Part shown: in pieces, positions 21,299 through 32,813 of the stretch
Layout of the letters: each line of letters starts with the position of its first letter
Position numbering within the stretch: the stretch's first letter is position 1
Assembly: GCA_963748135.1 (NCBI GenBank)
Contig: CAVVHY010000014.1
Coordinates: 13,188-77,187 of the forward strand
Origin: an uncultured Gammaproteobacteria bacterium
Lineage (GTDB): Bacteria; Pseudomonadota; Gammaproteobacteria; JBGSLN01
Length of the DNA: 64,000 nucleotides
Reading direction: 5' to 3'
Program-made: the position numbers and the translations under genes
Notes under the pieces: model-generated
Told to the model about the DNA's origin: nothing
Seen by the model: the letters and a program-made list of their open reading frames with translations, nothing else
Databases searched by the model: none

Positions 21299-22730
21299 TA
21301 TTTTTGTTCCTTTGCCGAATATTCTTTAAATAACCGTTGCGCCATAGCACCCACATCGCCGGCACCTTGTAATAACAAAATATCGCCATCATGCATAACA
21401 TTTGATAACACATCGACAATATCTTCTTTGCGTCCGACAAATACTGGTTCTACTTTTTTGCGTTGCCGAATAGCTCGACATAAACTACGACCATCGGCAC
21501 CATCAATGGTTTTTTCACCGGCTGGATAAACATCCAGTAATAATAGATTATCAACATTTGATAATACTTTAGCGAAGTCATCAAACAATGACTGGGTACG
21601 AGAAAAACGATGTGGCTGAAATGCCATCAACAAACGGCGATTTGGCCACGCTGCTCGGACTGCCTCTAATGTGGCAGTGATCTCTTTTGGATGATGACCA
21701 TAATCGTCAATCAATAACGCCGTATTATTATTTATCGTAATATCGCCTAACATATGAAAACGTCGGCCTATGCCTTGGAATTTATGTAATGACTGACAAA
21801 TGGATTCGGTGTCGACACCAATCTCATTGGCGACAGCGATCGCCGCTAATGCATTTAATACATTATGCCGGCCCGGCAAATTTAAGGTTATCGCTATAAC
21901 TTCGCCATCCGGCAAATGTGCCTTGAATTGGCTTTGGGTGCCATTTTGTTGGAAATCAGTGGCCCTGACATCAGCGTCTTCGCTAAAACCATAAGTCAAC
22001 ATAGGTCGACCAACTTCAGGTAATACTTCTCGTACCTTTTCATCATCAATACACAGAATGGCTAAACCTGATATGGGTAAAATGATATAAAAACTTAATA
22101 AATGTTTGTTTAAGATTTTTCAAAACTATTTTCATAAGACCACACATGATCAACATCAATATTGGTAACAATCGTCATTTTTGGTTTTAAATAGAGGAAT
22201 GAGGCATCACTCTCATCAGCCTCTGCAACAATATATTGACTACTACCAAGTTTGGCATTCGTGCCGGCACTATTTAACAAGCCACCGATAACAAAGGTCA
22301 GGTCTAATCCACCTTCAGCCAAAATACTGGTTACCAAACTTGTCGTGGTTGTTTTGCCATGCGTCCCTGCGACAGCAATCCCATAACGGGTGCGCATTAA
22401 TTCAGCGAGCATTTGAGCCCTTGGGATCACTGAATCCGCGCGCGTTTAGCTGCGACAACCTCAGGATTCTTATTGTCAACTGCAGACGATGTAACCACAA
22501 TGTCCGCATCCTTGATATGCTCCGCTTCATGGCCTTGATAGACTTTCGCACCTAATGCAATTAAGCGTTTTGTGGCAACATTCTCATTTAAATCAGATCC
22601 GAAATAATTCATAACCCGAATTAACCAAGACTTCAGCAATGCCACTCATCCCAGAGCCTCCGATGCCAACAAAATGAATATGTTGCACCGAGCCATTTTC
22701 AATTTTAGTATCAGTATTTAAGATCGTCAT
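21298..22730 (-). pseudogene. murC: UDP-N-acetylmuramate--L-alanine ligase MurC, interrupted by four 1-nt homopolymer indels
   Basis: The fragments translate to MurC in order: [32 protein letters not shown] | [20 protein letters not shown] | (P)[34 protein letters not shown] | [11 protein letters not shown] | LPISGLAILCIDD..MLTYGFSEDADV...QGAGDVG. The frame changes are at about 22602-22604 (T run), 22432 (C), 22116-22120 (A5 on the coding strand) and 22079-22082 (T4). The span is 1433 nt, i.e. 477 codons plus 2 nt, which fits +3/-1 indels. The start ATG overlaps the ftsW stop (TAATG). Confidence 0.8.
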
Positions 22731-23911
22731 TATTTACCTCTAAGTTCACGCAGAGCGATTCGTCTGGATTCAAAATCGATGCGAAATAATAAAGCCAAAA
22801 CAAAACACATCACTACCATACTACTTCCACCGTAGCTCATCAATGGCAATGTCAAACCCTTCGTGGGTAATAAACCGGAATTTACGCCCATATTAATAAT
22901 CGCTTGCATCCCTAGCCATAGCGCAATGCCAAAGGCTAAATAACCTGCAAAAAGCCGGTCTTGGCTAAGGGCCTTTGTACTTATCATAAAGGCTCGTCCA
23001 ATAAAGACAACATATAAAGCAATTACTGCTAAGACACCGACCAATCCCATCTCTTCAGCATAAACTGCAAACACAAAATCGGTGTGCGCCTCTGGCAAAT
23101 AAAATAATTTTTGGACGCTTTGCCCCAAACCAACCCCAAACCAACCTCCACGACCGAAGGCAATTAATGATTGCGTCAACTGATAACCACTATCATATTG
23201 ATTGGCCCAGGGATTTAGAAATGCAGTTAAGCGTTCCAGACGATAAGGTGACGATATAGCAAGGACCCCCAACGCCACAACCACCAATGCCATTAAGATC
23301 GCAAATTGCCAAAACCTTACCCCAGCCAAAAACATCATTGCCAATGCCGTTACCATTATAACTGCGGCTGCACCATAATCTGGCTCTTTTAATAATAACA
23401 AGGACATAATTGCCAACAATATCATTGGTTTTACAAAACCCATATATTCTGTACGTACTTCATCTTGCCTTCGCACTAGATAATCTGCGAGGAAAATAAT
23501 AGTGAAGATTTTTGCAACTTCTGAGACTTGCATACCAATCGGGCCTAAACCAATCCAGCGTGAACTGCCATTGATTTGCCGCCCAATCCCAGGAAGCAAG
23601 ACCGCTATTAATAATCCGAAACTTATTAATAACAGCAAAGGTGCCAATTTGCGCCAAAATTCCAATTCGAAACGAACCACGAACAATGCCACGAAAAACC
23701 CAATGACCAAATAAATCACTTGTCGAATTAAAAAATGAAATGGTTGTAAGTATTGTTTCTCTGAAACTACAATAGAGGCCGAGGTAACCATCACTAAGCC
23801 CAGGATAATTAAGCTCAAGGCACTAAACAGCAAAATGCGATCATAAGCCAAAAATGACTTACGCATGGTACGACTTTGTACTATTGGCTTTGCTGATGCC
23901 AATAAACTCAT
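22730..23911 (-). CDS. ftsW: Peptidoglycan polymerase / lipid II flippase-family protein FtsW (SEDS)
   Basis: 393 aa with about 10 TM segments and SEDS motifs ([48 protein letters not shown]). Confidence 0.9.
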   Translation of the reverse strand: MSLLASAKPIVQSRTMRKSFLAYDRILLFSALSLIILGLVMVTSASIVVSEKQYLQPFHFLIRQVIYLVIGFFVALFVVRFELEFWRKLAPLLLLISFGLLIAVLLPGIGRQINGSSRWIGLGPIGMQVSEVAKIFTIIFLADYLVRRQDEVRTEYMGFVKPMILLAIMSLLLLKEPDYGAAAVIMVTALAMMFLAGVRFWQFAILMALVVVALGVLAISSPYRLERLTAFLNPWANQYDSGYQLTQSLIAFGRGGWFGVGLGQSVQKLFYLPEAHTDFVFAVYAEEMGLVGVLAVIALYVVFIGRAFMISTKALSQDRLFAGYLAFGIALWLGMQAIINMGVNSGLLPTKGLTLPLMSYGGSSMVVMCFVLALLFRIDFESRRIALRELRGK

Positions 23912-25263
23912 GATAAGGCTTCCTTCACAGTGTTAATAAATACATGCCCACGATCTTCAAAATCTTTAAACATATCAAAGCTTGCGCATGCCGGTGATAA
24001 TAAAACTACATCTCCCGGTTGTGCTTGGCGCTTGGCAATCTCAACTGCTTGTTGCATTGATTTAGCGTGTGATACTGGAACTTGATCTGCAATAGCTGCT
24101 TCAATCAGTGAAGCATCTTCACCGATCAAAACTACATGTTTAGCGAATTGCGTAATGGGTTTTTGTAATTCAGTAAAATCAGCGCCTTTACCTTGTCCAC
24201 CCATAATCAGGATCAACTTACCATCAATACCAGAACCAAGGCCATTAATAGCTGCAATGCTGGCCCCCACATTGGTACCTTTGGAATCATTAAACCAGCT
24301 AACCCCCCCTTTTTCAGCAACCCATTGACAACGATGATCTAAGCCCTTGAAATCACGCAAGACTTGCAACATTGCCGGCATCGGTAAGGCTAAGGCGTAA
24401 CCCAAGGCAAGCGCGGCTAAGGCATTTAAATAATTATGCATACCCTTAATATAAAGTTCACGCACCGAAATCAAGGATTCATCACCATAGGCAAGATACA
24501 AGCCTGCGTCGGAAGGGATAATGCCGAATTCACCTGACCTTGGCACACTTAAACCAAAACTCGTCATGATACAAGTGTCACCACTATTCTGTGGATACGT
24601 CGCCGGATCATCACGGTTCCAAACAATATACTCTGCACCACGATATATTCTTTGTTTTGCTGCAATATATTCGGAAAGGTTAGCATAACGATCCATATGA
24701 TCTGGACTAATATTTAAAATCGTTGCAATCTGCGGTTTAAGTGAATCAGTACTTTCCAATTGAAAACTTGATAATTCTAAAACGTAATTATTTGGCTCTG
24801 TATCACGGATAAGATCTAACACAGGAATCCCAATATTACCACCGTAACGTACACACCGCCCCGCTGCCCGAAGCATTGCAACCATTAACATAGTCACGGT
24901 ACTTTTGGCATTTGATCCTGTGATCGCACAGATAGGCGCCTTAGCTTGTAGGGCAAAAATTTCAATGTCACCATGAATTGGGATACCCTTCTGCAGACAA
25001 TCAGTTAAAACTGAATTTCGTAGAGAGACACCCGGACTAACGATCACTTCAGTGGCACTAGCAATCAAATTTGCATCAAAGCCACCTAATGCCAATGTCA
25101 CCGGTTGTAATTCTTGTTGTAATTCGGTTAGGCAAGGGGGTTGTTCACGACTATCAGTTATGGCAAATGGAATACCACAATGACTAAAATAACGGGCGCA
25201 GGCAAGACCGGTCTTGCCAAGCCCGACAATCACTCTTAATCCTTCCTGTTTTGCTGCCAACAT
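23908..25263 (-). CDS. murD: UDP-N-acetylmuramoylalanine--D-glutamate ligase
   Basis: 451 aa, with VIVGLGKTGLACARYF, ITGSNAKSTVT and the Mur ligase C-terminal domain. Confidence 0.9.
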   Translation of the reverse strand: MLAAKQEGLRVIVGLGKTGLACARYFSHCGIPFAITDSREQPPCLTELQQELQPVTLALGGFDANLIASATEVIVSPGVSLRNSVLTDCLQKGIPIHGDIEIFALQAKAPICAITGSNAKSTVTMLMVAMLRAAGRCVRYGGNIGIPVLDLIRDTEPNNYVLELSSFQLESTDSLKPQIATILNISPDHMDRYANLSEYIAAKQRIYRGAEYIVWNRDDPATYPQNSGDTCIMTSFGLSVPRSGEFGIIPSDAGLYLAYGDESLISVRELYIKGMHNYLNALAALALGYALALPMPAMLQVLRDFKGLDHRCQWVAEKGGVSWFNDSKGTNVGASIAAINGLGSGIDGKLILIMGGQGKGADFTELQKPITQFAKHVVLIGEDASLIEAAIADQVPVSHAKSMQQAVEIAKRQAQPGDVVLLSPACASFDMFKDFEDRGHVFINTVKEALS

Positions 25264-25319
25264 GGATTTACCTCACATTCAAATAGTTATCGCTTTGCGA
25301 TACCAACCTAAATTTTAAT

Positions 25320-26403
25320 TTATCGCAATTTTAATGTCGCTAAACCACATAAAACCAAGATTACCGTAACAATCCAAAACCTAACAATGACCCGTGGTTC
25401 AGGCCACCCCTTTAATTCAAAATGATGGTGTAACGGTGCCATTCGAAAGATACGGCGGCCCGTTAATTTAAATGATGCAACTTGTAATACCACTGATAAA
25501 GTTTCGATAACAAAAACCCCGCCCATCAACAATAGTACTAATTCTTGTCGCACCATCACTGCGAGCACACCCAGTGCCGCTCCTAAGCCCAAGGCGCCGA
25601 CATCACCCATAAATACCTGCGCCGGATAAGTGTTAAACCATAAGAAGCCTAGACTTGCACCGACCATTGCACCGCAAAATACTAATAATTCTCCGGCACC
25701 TGCGACATAAGGAATTGCGAGATAATGCGCATAATCAATATTACCGCTAGCATAGGCAAAGATTGCCAAGGCCCCTGCAACTAACGCGGTAGGCAATATT
25801 GCTAAACCATCCAAACCATCGGTTAAATTCACTGCATTACTACTACCGACAATTACAAAATAGGCAAGTACAATATACAATGGCCCTAAATAAATAATGA
25901 TGTTTTTGAAAAAGGGTATAACTAATTGCGTTGCCTGCGGTACTTGTGCAGAGGCATATAAAAAGACTGCTGCAGCTAAACCAAAAATGGATTGCCAAAG
26001 CAATTTCCATCGTGCTGGCAAACCTTTACTATTTTTTCGAACCACTTTACGATAGTCATCAATCCAACCAATCAACCCAAAGCCTACCGTTACCAATAAC
26101 ACTATCCAGACATAGCGATTTGTTAAATCACCCCAAAGTAAGGTCGTAAATCCGATGGCGACTAAGATCAATGCACCACCCATTGTCGGTGTACCAGCCT
26201 TGCTTAAGTGTGTTTGCGGACCATCATCTCGCACTTGTTGACCGACAGATAATTGCGTTAATTTGCGAATCATTTTAGGACCAATGAGTAAACTAATTAT
26301 TAAGGCCGTCAAGGTGGCACAGAATCCCACGAAAGGTAAGATAGGAAAAGACATTAAAGGCGTGAATATATTGTGTGAGCCATGTTGTTAACCACAATAA
26401 CAT
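25320..26403 (-). pseudogene. mraY: Phospho-MurNAc-pentapeptide translocase MraY with a single frameshift near codon 27-29 (or a sequencing error)
   Basis: An ATG at 26403 (TAATG overlap with the murF stop) opens [27 protein letters not shown], the conserved MraY N-terminus. That frame stops at 26293. The listed ORF (from 26354) continues as [17 protein letters not shown]... in another frame. The switch is at about 26316-26325 (gggattctgtgcc). The total of 1084 nt equals 361 codons plus 1 nt. Confidence 0.75.
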
Positions 26404-27764
26404 TATGCACCCCCCTCTGGCTCACGTAACGCGGCAACCACTTCTTCCATCTTGGCTCCACGAGACCCCTTTATTAATAAGGTAACATTGCTTGCCAACT
26501 CTCGTTCTAATGCCGAGATCAAATCTTGCTTTGAAGTAAAATAAAATCCTTGTTCGCCAAAGGCATCTGTTGTTTGCTTGCTATGTTCACCGACTGCAAA
26601 TAATTTATCGACACTTAATTCTTTCGCCTTAAGGCCCACATTACGATGTGGAGTAATCACGTCTTCTCCTAATTCAGCCATGCCACCAAAAACGAAAATC
26701 TTTTTCGTGGGCATGTTCGCCAATACTTGCAAGGCACAGGTAACTGCATTAGGGATAGCGTTATATGAATCATCAATGATGATGCTATGGTTTTTCCCGG
26801 GATAGCTAATCAAGCGTTTGGCTACCGGTAACATGTTTTCTAAGCCCAGCTTGATTTTGTCAATTCTAACACCGGCAGCATAGGCGCAAGCTGCTGCAGC
26901 TAATGCATTCGCCACGTTATGTTGACCCAGGGTAGGTAACTTAATTGCTGTCTTTTCTGAGACTATGTGTAATGTAAAACTGACTTTCCCGTCAGTAGTG
27001 ATATTAATATCCGTAGCAAATAAATCAGCTTGCTTTTTAACGCTAAAGAAAAGCGTTTTATGTCCTTTATTCAATTTTTTAAAATAATCAGCAAAACTAT
27101 CATCGAGATTAATCACGGCAATGCCACTTTGATCCAAGCCATTAAAGATAGTGCCTTTTTCTCTGGCAACACCTTGTTCATCACCAAAGCCAGCTAAATG
27201 TGCTGATCCAACATTTAATACTGTTGCCACCGTAGGCTTGGCAATATTAGTTAAATAATTTATTTCACCAAAATGATTAGCGCCCAATTCAATAACTGCA
27301 TACTGATGTTCATCGCTTAACTTTAACAATGTCAATGGTAAACCAATATCGTTATTATAAGAACCAGGTGGACTTAATACTTTGCCACATTGTTCCATAA
27401 TTGAAGTTAGCATCGCCTTGGTAGTGGTCTTCCCGCAACTCCCGGTAATTGCCAACACGGGAATTGTTCGTTGTTGCCTAACAAACGTGGCTAACTGTCC
27501 CAAGGCCTTGCGTGTATCAGCAACCCGAATGTGTGGAAAATCAATCTTTATAGTTTGACTAACAATTGCCGCGATTGCACCTTTTTGCTGTGCCTCAATA
27601 ATGAAATCATGACCATTAAAATTCTCGCCTTCCAGAGCAACAAATATTTGTCCAGGGAGTATTGTTCGCGAATCGGTGTTAATCATATTAAATTGCACCG
27701 CATCACAAGTTCCCACTTGTTCACCAGCAATAATTTTATTTAATTGATCTAATGTATACGCCAT
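26403..27764 (-). CDS. murF: UDP-MurNAc-tripeptide--D-alanyl-D-alanine ligase
   Basis: 453 aa, with [13 protein letters not shown] and DDSYNAIP. In dcw order. Confidence 0.9.
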   Translation of the reverse strand: MAYTLDQLNKIIAGEQVGTCDAVQFNMINTDSRTILPGQIFVALEGENFNGHDFIIEAQQKGAIAAIVSQTIKIDFPHIRVADTRKALGQLATFVRQQRTIPVLAITGSCGKTTTKAMLTSIMEQCGKVLSPPGSYNNDIGLPLTLLKLSDEHQYAVIELGANHFGEINYLTNIAKPTVATVLNVGSAHLAGFGDEQGVAREKGTIFNGLDQSGIAVINLDDSFADYFKKLNKGHKTLFFSVKKQADLFATDINITTDGKVSFTLHIVSEKTAIKLPTLGQHNVANALAAAACAYAAGVRIDKIKLGLENMLPVAKRLISYPGKNHSIIIDDSYNAIPNAVTCALQVLANMPTKKIFVFGGMAELGEDVITPHRNVGLKAKELSVDKLFAVGEHSKQTTDAFGEQGFYFTSKQDLISALERELASNVTLLIKGSRGAKMEEVVAALREPEGGA

Positions 27765-29272
27765 TATTTTGCTTCCGCCAAGACCATTTGTACTGTAACA
27801 GAATCATTAAACGGGCGTTTTTCTTTACCAATAATTTGGTAATGCTCATGCCCCTTTCCGGCCACTAAAATTATATCTTCTGGGTTCGCGCAGGCAATCG
27901 CATGTTTAATTGCCCGCTCCCGATCCAACTCGACAACAATAAACTCAGGGCGAGACATATTTTGCATAATGTCTGAGACAATTTGATTAGGGTCTTCTAA
28001 TCTCGGATTATCATTCGTCAAGATAATATGATCGGCATGTTGTTCTGCGATTTCACCCATATCAGGGCGCTTACCGGCATCACGATTGCCACCACAACCA
28101 AAGACACACCAGAGTTCACCATTACAATATTCACGTAGTGATTGTAAGACATGCTTTAAGGCATCCGGCGTATGTGCAAAATCAACAACGACCGTAGGTC
28201 TACCTTGCTCGCCACCATAGCGTTCCATACGACCGGGTACAACATTTAGTTTAGCGATACATGACAAGGCAACTTGAAATGGGATATCAAGTAGCACTAA
28301 GGCAGTTAATGTCGCTAACAAATTGCCAACGAAAAAACGACCGATGAGATTACTATGCATAACACCATCACCCCAAGGTGTGTGTAATCCTGCCGTTATG
28401 CCTTTGTTATCGAGATTGACTTGATGTGCGCGCACTTGTTTAACATTGTTTGCCATCCGACGATTAACTGCCGAATAGCCATAGACTGGTAATTTTTCAC
28501 TAAACTCTTCAATTAGTTTTTGCCCGAAGTGATCATCCATATTGATGATCTGGGCCTTTAATCCCGGCATTAAAAATAATTTCCGTTTCGCCTGACCGTA
28601 TTCAGTCAAACTTTTATGATAATCAAGATGATCACGTGTTAAATTCGTGAAAACTGCCAATTCAAAATTAACCCCATTCACCCGTTGCTGATCCAAGCCA
28701 TGTGAAGAAACCTCCATCACTACGAATTGGGCACCTTGATCCTTTAATTCTCTGAACATACGATGCAAGGCAATCTGATTTGGGGTCGTTAACATCGCGT
28801 CCTTTAACTCACCGACAAATCCATAGCCCATAGTACCAATAACGCCCGCCTTAAAACCTGCCATTGTCAATGCTTCCGCGATAAAATAAGACGTTGATGT
28901 TTTACCATTGGTACCGGTAATACCAACGACTCTCATGGTTTGCGTTGGATAATCATAAAATCTAGCGGCTATTTCACCTAGCTTGGCATTTAAATCTGGT
29001 ATTGGGATAACTGCTAATTTATCTTTGGCACCATCAACAATCATAATGTCTTCAAAGCCTTCAATGGCTTCACACAATATCGCTACCGCCCCAGCCTTAG
29101 CTGCAGCTTCAATAAAATCATGGCCTTTGGTTTGCAAGCCAACGCAGGCAACAAAACAAGAGCCAGGTTGCACTTCTCGACTATCCAGAGTCAAGTGCTT
29201 AATATCACGATCCCATTGGGTATCAATGGTCGCAATATCTTTTATTAGTTTACTTAGTCTAATGCTCTTCAT
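27764..29272 (-). CDS. murE: UDP-MurNAc-L-Ala-D-Glu--2,6-diaminopimelate ligase
   Basis: 502 aa, with GITGTNGKTSTSYF, VMEVSSHGL and the DNPR motif (TNDNPRLEDP) typical of meso-DAP-adding MurE. Confidence 0.9.
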   Translation of the reverse strand: MKSIRLSKLIKDIATIDTQWDRDIKHLTLDSREVQPGSCFVACVGLQTKGHDFIEAAAKAGAVAILCEAIEGFEDIMIVDGAKDKLAVIPIPDLNAKLGEIAARFYDYPTQTMRVVGITGTNGKTSTSYFIAEALTMAGFKAGVIGTMGYGFVGELKDAMLTTPNQIALHRMFRELKDQGAQFVVMEVSSHGLDQQRVNGVNFELAVFTNLTRDHLDYHKSLTEYGQAKRKLFLMPGLKAQIINMDDHFGQKLIEEFSEKLPVYGYSAVNRRMANNVKQVRAHQVNLDNKGITAGLHTPWGDGVMHSNLIGRFFVGNLLATLTALVLLDIPFQVALSCIAKLNVVPGRMERYGGEQGRPTVVVDFAHTPDALKHVLQSLREYCNGELWCVFGCGGNRDAGKRPDMGEIAEQHADHIILTNDNPRLEDPNQIVSDIMQNMSRPEFIVVELDRERAIKHAIACANPEDIILVAGKGHEHYQIIGKEKRPFNDSVTVQMVLAEAK

Positions 29273-29315
29273 AACCTGCCTATTCGTTAACTTAGCGGCT
29301 GTTCAAGTATTTAAG

Positions 29316-30977
29316 TTATTTTGTACTGACATCTAAATTATCTGGTGCAATATCCATAATTCGTAATGCGCCACCCATGACCTTAGCAAATACGGGCGCC
29401 GCTACCAGTCCCCCATAAAATTGTGGGTGTGGATCCTTAATTACCACTGAAACCACTATCTTAGGGTCACTCGCAGGCGCCGTACCCACAAAGATTGCTA
29501 CGTGATGATTTGGTTCATAGCCTTGCGGCCCTACCATCCGCACGGTTCCAGTCTTACCACTGACATGATAACCCGGCACCCGGGCCCGTGTTGCTGTGCC
29601 CCCTTGCTCCACGACAGTTTGTAACATGTTAACTATCTCGTGTGCAACACGTGCGCTGATTATACGCTGCCCAGATACCGGATGACCAATCTTTAATAAA
29701 GAAATCGGCCGTTTTATGCCGCCCGATGCCAATACCGCATAGGCCTGGGCCAATTGCAGGTTTGTGACATCTAAGCCATAACCAAATGAAAGTGTCGCCA
29801 AGATAAAGGGTTGCCAAGTTCGATAATGTTGTAAAACTCCTGGGCTTTCGCCAGGGAAACCGGTGTCAGTACGTTCACCAAAACCGACGGCGTGTAATAA
29901 GCCCCATAAACGATCCGGCGGCAATGATAAGGTCATCTTACTCACCCCAACATTACTTGATTTTTGCAATACTCCCGTGACTGTCAACACACCATAGTTC
30001 ATATCATCCCTGACCTCTTGTCTATTTACCATCATCCGGCCAGGGCGAGTATCAATAATGGTATTAGGGGTATAATCCCCACTTGATAAGGCGCTCGCCA
30101 CACTAAAGGCCTTAATAGTAGAGCCCGGTTCAAAGACATCCGTGACTGTGCGATTACGAAAACCTTTATGGTCTGGCCAATTGCGATTGTTGGGGTTATA
30201 TGAGGGTTGATTAGCCATCGCCAATATTTCGCCACTGGCAACATCCAACACTATAATAGACCCTGATTGTGCATGATATTTAGCTACTGCCGCCTTGAGA
30301 TCCCGATAAGCTAAATATTGAATTCGACGGTCAATACTTAGGGTAAGATTGCGTCCGGGTTTAGCGGAACGTAATAAATCAACCTTGGCCACCACACGAC
30401 CGAAGCGATCCTTTAATATTCGTTCCTTGCCTGGAATGCCCGCCAACCAATTATTGTATTCTAATTCCAAACCTTCCTGACCACTATCATCAATATTGGT
30501 AAAGCCAAGTAACTGCGCAGTTACTTCAGCCTCCGGATAATAGCGTCGAAATTCGCGTCGTAGATAGACCCCTGGAATATTTAACACCTTAACCTCATTC
30601 GCAATATAAGGGTAAACGCCACGTTCAACATAGACGAATTCACGATTTTTATTATGAATAACGATTTGATTGATTGCTTTCGTTGACATGCCTAAGGCCT
30701 TGGCCAAGTCTGTAAGTTGTTCTTGGTTTGGATGAAAATCTTGCGGATCGAACCACACTGAATCAACTGGCGTACTAATTGCCAAGGGTTCACCGTTACG
30801 ATCGATGATCATCCCGCGATACGCAGGGATGGTTACCGTCCGCAAACTACGGGCATTGCCTTGTCCTAATAGAAATGGTCTATCGATAATCATTAAGTCT
30901 ACCATCCGCCAAATTAAACCTATGACCGCTAAACTCATAATTGACAAAATAATCCAAAACCGAATTTTATATGACAT
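29316..30977 (-). CDS. ftsI: Peptidoglycan D,D-transpeptidase FtsI (PBP3)
   Basis: 553 aa with an N-terminal TM and penicillin-binding motifs STIK (PGSTIKAF), SSN and KTGT (SGKTGT). Confidence 0.9.
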   Translation of the reverse strand: MSYKIRFWIILSIMSLAVIGLIWRMVDLMIIDRPFLLGQGNARSLRTVTIPAYRGMIIDRNGEPLAISTPVDSVWFDPQDFHPNQEQLTDLAKALGMSTKAINQIVIHNKNREFVYVERGVYPYIANEVKVLNIPGVYLRREFRRYYPEAEVTAQLLGFTNIDDSGQEGLELEYNNWLAGIPGKERILKDRFGRVVAKVDLLRSAKPGRNLTLSIDRRIQYLAYRDLKAAVAKYHAQSGSIIVLDVASGEILAMANQPSYNPNNRNWPDHKGFRNRTVTDVFEPGSTIKAFSVASALSSGDYTPNTIIDTRPGRMMVNRQEVRDDMNYGVLTVTGVLQKSSNVGVSKMTLSLPPDRLWGLLHAVGFGERTDTGFPGESPGVLQHYRTWQPFILATLSFGYGLDVTNLQLAQAYAVLASGGIKRPISLLKIGHPVSGQRIISARVAHEIVNMLQTVVEQGGTATRARVPGYHVSGKTGTVRMVGPQGYEPNHHVAIFVGTAPASDPKIVVSVVIKDPHPQFYGGLVAAPVFAKVMGGALRIMDIAPDNLDVSTK

Positions 30978-31303
30978 TATTCTGTAACCATCACAATTTT
31001 ATTCTGTGCCGGAAATACCATTGCCATATCGCGCTGTGCCTTATGCTCGATCCGGGCCTGGGTAGCCCAAGTGCTTTGCTCCAATAATAATTGGCCCCAT
31101 TCGAGTCTTAATGCATCACGGGTTTTTTGTAATTGTTGTAAATGACTGAACATCAGTCTATCCATGGCTTGGACATAAATTACTGAAACCGCCGATAAAA
31201 AGACAATAACTGTGAATATGAGTGACAACCAAAATTGTCGCTCACTGAATAATGATTTTAAGCCGCTTGTGGGTGTAAAACCGGATTGATCAAAAGTCAT
31301 CAT
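30977..31303 (-). CDS. ftsL: Cell division protein FtsL
   Basis: 108 aa. A single TM followed by a coiled-coil-like segment. Overlaps rsmH and ftsI in the canonical position. Confidence 0.75.
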   Translation of the reverse strand: MMTFDQSGFTPTSGLKSLFSERQFWLSLIFTVIVFLSAVSVIYVQAMDRLMFSHLQQLQKTRDALRLEWGQLLLEQSTWATQARIEHKAQRDMAMVFPAQNKIVMVTE

Positions 31304-32235
31304 GCCAATTTCTCCGCAACTCTAAGTACGGCACTGCGTGCCCGCGCATTTGCTGCGATCTCCGCGGTACTCGGTTTGATTGCTTTATTAATCATTTTCA
31401 TACGTGGGGTGAAGGTAACGGGCAAATGTGCCAAACGCTTGGGCAAGGGTTCTCCGTGTTGTTGTCGCCTAATAAAACGTTTGACGATACGGTCTTCTAA
31501 TGAATGGAAGCTAATTGCACACAAGCGCCCCCCCGGTGCCAATATGCTAACTGCCTCCTTTAAGCCTACTTCCAAATCGGCTAATTCATTATTAACGAAG
31601 ATCCGTATCGCCTGAAAACTTCGGGTCGCTGGGTGTTTATGCCCTTCTTTTTTTGGGATCGCTTGGCTAATGATCGCTGCCAATTGATCGGTCTGAGTTA
31701 TCTCATGCTGATTGCGATATTCCACAATGGCACGCGCAATTCGCCTAGCAAACCGTTCCTCACCATATTCACGCAACACTTGTGCAATCTGCTCTTGTTC
31801 TGCAGTATTAATCCATTGTGCTGCTGTAATACCACGTGTCGTATCCATACGCATATCCAAAGGTCCCGCCTGTAAAAATGCAAAACCGCGTCCCGGGTCA
31901 TCTAGTTGAGGTGATGACACGCCTAAGTCCAGTAATACGCCATTGACTTTGCCGGACAATTGGCGCGCCTCAAGTACCTTTTGCATATTTGCAAATGAAC
32001 TATGGACCAACTCCAAACGCTTATCATCGGCCAATCTTGGCGTTAACGTTGCGAGTGCAGCTGGGTCTTTATCTAATGCAATGACACGACCATCTGGGCC
32101 TAAGCGATTTAATATCGCTGTTGTATGTCCCCCCCGCCCGAAGGTTGCATCAACATAAATGCCATTTGGCACTATGCAAAGATACTCAATCACCTCTTGT
32201 AACAGTACTGGCGTATGCAAATAAGATTGAACCAT
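31300..32235 (-). CDS. rsmH: 16S rRNA (cytosine1402-N4)-methyltransferase
   Basis: 311 aa, with HTPVLLQEV, DATFGRGGH, DLGVSSPQLD and ISFHSLEDRIVK. Confidence 0.95.
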   Translation of the reverse strand: MVQSYLHTPVLLQEVIEYLCIVPNGIYVDATFGRGGHTTAILNRLGPDGRVIALDKDPAALATLTPRLADDKRLELVHSSFANMQKVLEARQLSGKVNGVLLDLGVSSPQLDDPGRGFAFLQAGPLDMRMDTTRGITAAQWINTAEQEQIAQVLREYGEERFARRIARAIVEYRNQHEITQTDQLAAIISQAIPKKEGHKHPATRSFQAIRIFVNNELADLEVGLKEAVSILAPGGRLCAISFHSLEDRIVKRFIRRQQHGEPLPKRLAHLPVTFTPRMKMINKAIKPSTAEIAANARARSAVLRVAEKLA

Positions 32236-32241
32236 GGCTCT

Positions 32242-32700
32242 CTATAATGATAATTGTAATAATTCTTCAGGTAATTGCTGCGACTCCTTGGTCTCTTCAG
32301 CAAGCCATAGTTCCCGACCTTGGTGCCAAGTTTGCTCATCCCAGAGTTCAAACTTTTTGCCTTGCCCGATCAAGACAGATTTTTTATTTAAGCCGGCATA
32401 ATCACGTAACAATTGCGGGATTAACACACGGCCATTCGCGTCCATTTCCAACTCCGTGGCATGACCTATCAATAACCGTTGGATACGACGCGAGGCCGGG
32501 TTAAAACTCGACAAGCTAGTAAGCTTAGTCTCGATAATCTCCCATTCATGGGTGGGATATAGCAACAAGCAGGGAGATTCTGTATCAATCGTTATGATAA
32601 AATGATGTGGTCGGTCCTGAGGAATAAAATCACGATAACGCGTTGGGACGGCTAACCGACCCTTGGCATCGAGATTAATGCTGTTGATTCCTCTAAACAT
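32242..32700 (-). CDS. mraZ: Transcriptional regulator MraZ
   Basis: 152 aa. MFRGINSINLDAKGRLAVPTRYR and a second SpoVT-AbrB half DANGRVLIP. Confidence 0.95.
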   Translation of the reverse strand: MFRGINSINLDAKGRLAVPTRYRDFIPQDRPHHFIITIDTESPCLLLYPTHEWEIIETKLTSLSSFNPASRRIQRLLIGHATELEMDANGRVLIPQLLRDYAGLNKKSVLIGQGKKFELWDEQTWHQGRELWLAEETKESQQLPEELLQLSL

Positions 32701-32813
32701 AAGTCTGCCTAATTTGTTTAATTTTTAACTTAGATCCTTAAGCTAGAATTTAAGTGAAAATCATACGGGTAACAGGCATTGTAACAAGTTTAGGAATCAA
32801 TTCCCACTTTTTT

